Positions 62,395 through 64,000 of a stretch of DNA of 64,000 bases are shown piece by piece. Made by a program: the position numbers and the translations under genes. The notes beneath the pieces are model-generated. The model worked only from the letters and a program-made list of their open reading frames with translations. It was not told the origin of the DNA and made no database searches. How positions within the stretch are numbered: position 1 is the stretch's first letter; each line of letters starts with the position of its first letter. The stretch comes from Hypanus sabinus (Eukaryota): positions 35,836,001 through 35,900,000 of the forward strand of contig NC_082738.1 of the NCBI RefSeq assembly GCF_030144855.1. The letters are read 5' to 3'.

Positions 62395-64000
62395 AAATTA
62401 TAGACCAGTGAGTCTCACGTCCATGGTGGCAAACTATTGGAGAAGATTCTCAGAGACAGGATTTATAAGCATTTGGAGAAGCAAGGTCTGGTTAGGGACA
62501 GTCAGCATGTCTTTGTGAATCTGAAGAACCATAAAACATAGAACACTACAGCACAGTCCAGGCCCTTCAGCCCTCCATGTTGTGCCGACCCAACAAGATT
62601 TATTATCACTGACATATGTCGTGAAATCTGCTATTTTGTGGCAGTGGTACAATGCAATACATAAAAAATGCTATGTTACAGCAAAAAAATGAATAAATAA
62701 ATAGTGCGAAAGAGGAATAGCAAGATAATGTTCATGGACTGTTCAGAAATCTGATGGTGGAGGGGAAGAAGCTGTTCTTAAAATGTTGAGTGTGGGTTTT
62801 CATGCTCTTATACCTCCTCCCTGATGTTAGTAATGAGAAGAGGGCCAGTTGGTGAGGGACCTTAATGATGGATAACACTTTCTTGAGGCACCACATTTTG
62901 AAGTTGTCCTTGATGGTGGGGAGGTTCATGCCTGCAGCCTTCTTGGATCTTATGCAATGGAGCCTCGTGAGCCTGATTGGATTTTTCAAGGAGATGACAA
63001 AACACATTGATGAAGATAGAGCGGTGGATGTGGTGGTGTAAGGTGTTTGACAAGTTTCCCTTTAGTAGGTTTATCCCGAAAGTCAGGAGGCATGAGGTCC
63101 AGGGAAACTTGGCTGCATGGATTCGGACTTGGCCATAGAATGTAGAGGATGGTAGTAAATGGACTGTATTCTGCCTGGAGGTCAGTGACCAATGGTATTC
63201 GCAGGGATCTGTTCTTGGACTCCTTCCCTTTGTGATTTTTATAAATGACCTGTTGACGAAGTAGAGGGGTGGGTTCGTAAGTTTTCAGATTGCTAAGTGG
63301 TGTTGTGGACAATGTGGAAAGTTGTTGTGCATTCAACAAGATATAGACAGGATGCAGAGCTGGGCTGAGAAGTGGCAGGTGGAGTTCAATCCAGAAAAGT
63401 GTGAAGTGATTTACTCTGGAAGATCAAACGTGAAGGTGGAATACAAGGTTAATGGCTAGCTTCTTAACAGTGTGGAGGAACAGAGGGATCTTCGATCCAA
63501 ATCAGTAGATTCCTTAAAGTACCATGCAAGCTGATAGGGTAGTTCACAAAGCATATGTATGTTGCCCTTCATTAGTTGAGGGATTGAGTAAATAACTGCG
63601 AGGTAAAGTGCAACTCTGTAAAACTCTGGGTAGACCACACTTGGAGTATTGCGTTCAGTTCTGGTAGCCTCATTAAAGGAACAAAGCTGTGGAAGCTTGA
63701 GAGAGAGTGCAGAGGAGATTTACCAGGATGTTGCTTAGATTAGAGAGTGCATCTTATGAAGAAAGGTTTTTCTTTTTTCTTTTTTCTTTGAAGCAAAGGA
63801 GGATGAGAGGCAAATTGATAGAGGTATACAAGATGATAAGTGGCATAGTGAATAGCCAGCACCTTTTTTCCAGGGTGGCAATGGTCAATACCAGAAGATA
63901 TCCATTTAAGGTTAGTAGAAGAACGTTCAGAGGAGATGTCTGAGGTAGTTTTTTTACACAAAGGGTGGTAGGTGCCTGGAACGCACTGCCAGGGGCTGAT
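62395..64000 (+). mobile_element. Degenerate CR1 LINE with a nested minus-strand Rex fragment (~62525-62945), running off the window end
   Basis: YRPVSLTS.V.KLLEKILRD, FDK.P, LEYCVQFW and QRRFTRML motifs; Rex motif LFSLLTSGRRYKSMKTHT. Confidence 0.8.

Noticed and set aside
1-64000. Prokaryotic systems (operons, CRISPR arrays, defence islands)
   Set aside because: The sequence is vertebrate intronic/intergenic DNA with spliceosomal exons; there is no repeat-spacer array or gene-dense region.
60623-64000. AGAP2 exon 3 (G.LG...SGKS.L.HR.LTG.Y P-loop)
   Set aside because: The acceptor-like sites near 61376 and 61551 do not give this peptide; the exon probably lies beyond the window.

Overview
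This is vertebrate nuclear DNA, not prokaryotic. The repeat landscape (CR1/HER1-type LINEs, V-SINE/HE1-like and Deu-domain SINEs, Penelope, Rex/Babar, RTE, Tc1) points to a cartilaginous fish, probably a ray or shark; this is an inference. Only one host gene is supported: AGAP2 (PIKE/centaurin-gamma-1) on the + strand. Its long PIKE-L-type first coding exon (27977-29264) is joined across a ~31.3-kb GT-AG intron to the 59-bp 'AFVNSQEWTLSRSVPELRL' exon (60564-60622); exon 3 was not found in the window. Nearly all other ORFs in the track are transposon fragments or their antisense shadows. The most unusual object is a 2,810-bp, very young Gypsy (CsRn1-clade-like) LTR element at 49788-52597 (-). 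It has identical 214-bp LTRs, a 4-bp TSD, a tRNA-Trp PBS, a PPT, an intact gag and an intact -1 frameshift signal. Its RT is deleted and its RNase H C-terminal segment is inverted, and the inverted segment supplies a new in-frame ATG for a stand-alone, motif-complete integrase ORF. Also present: several Penelope-borne minimal hammerhead ribozyme motifs, a solo LTR with TSD, an IR/DR Tc1 fossil, an inverted pair of near-identical ~1-kb CR1 copies in the AGAP2 intron, and a double perfect hairpin. All homology calls were made by eye from remembered family motifs, no search was run, and repeat boundaries without a TSD are approximate.
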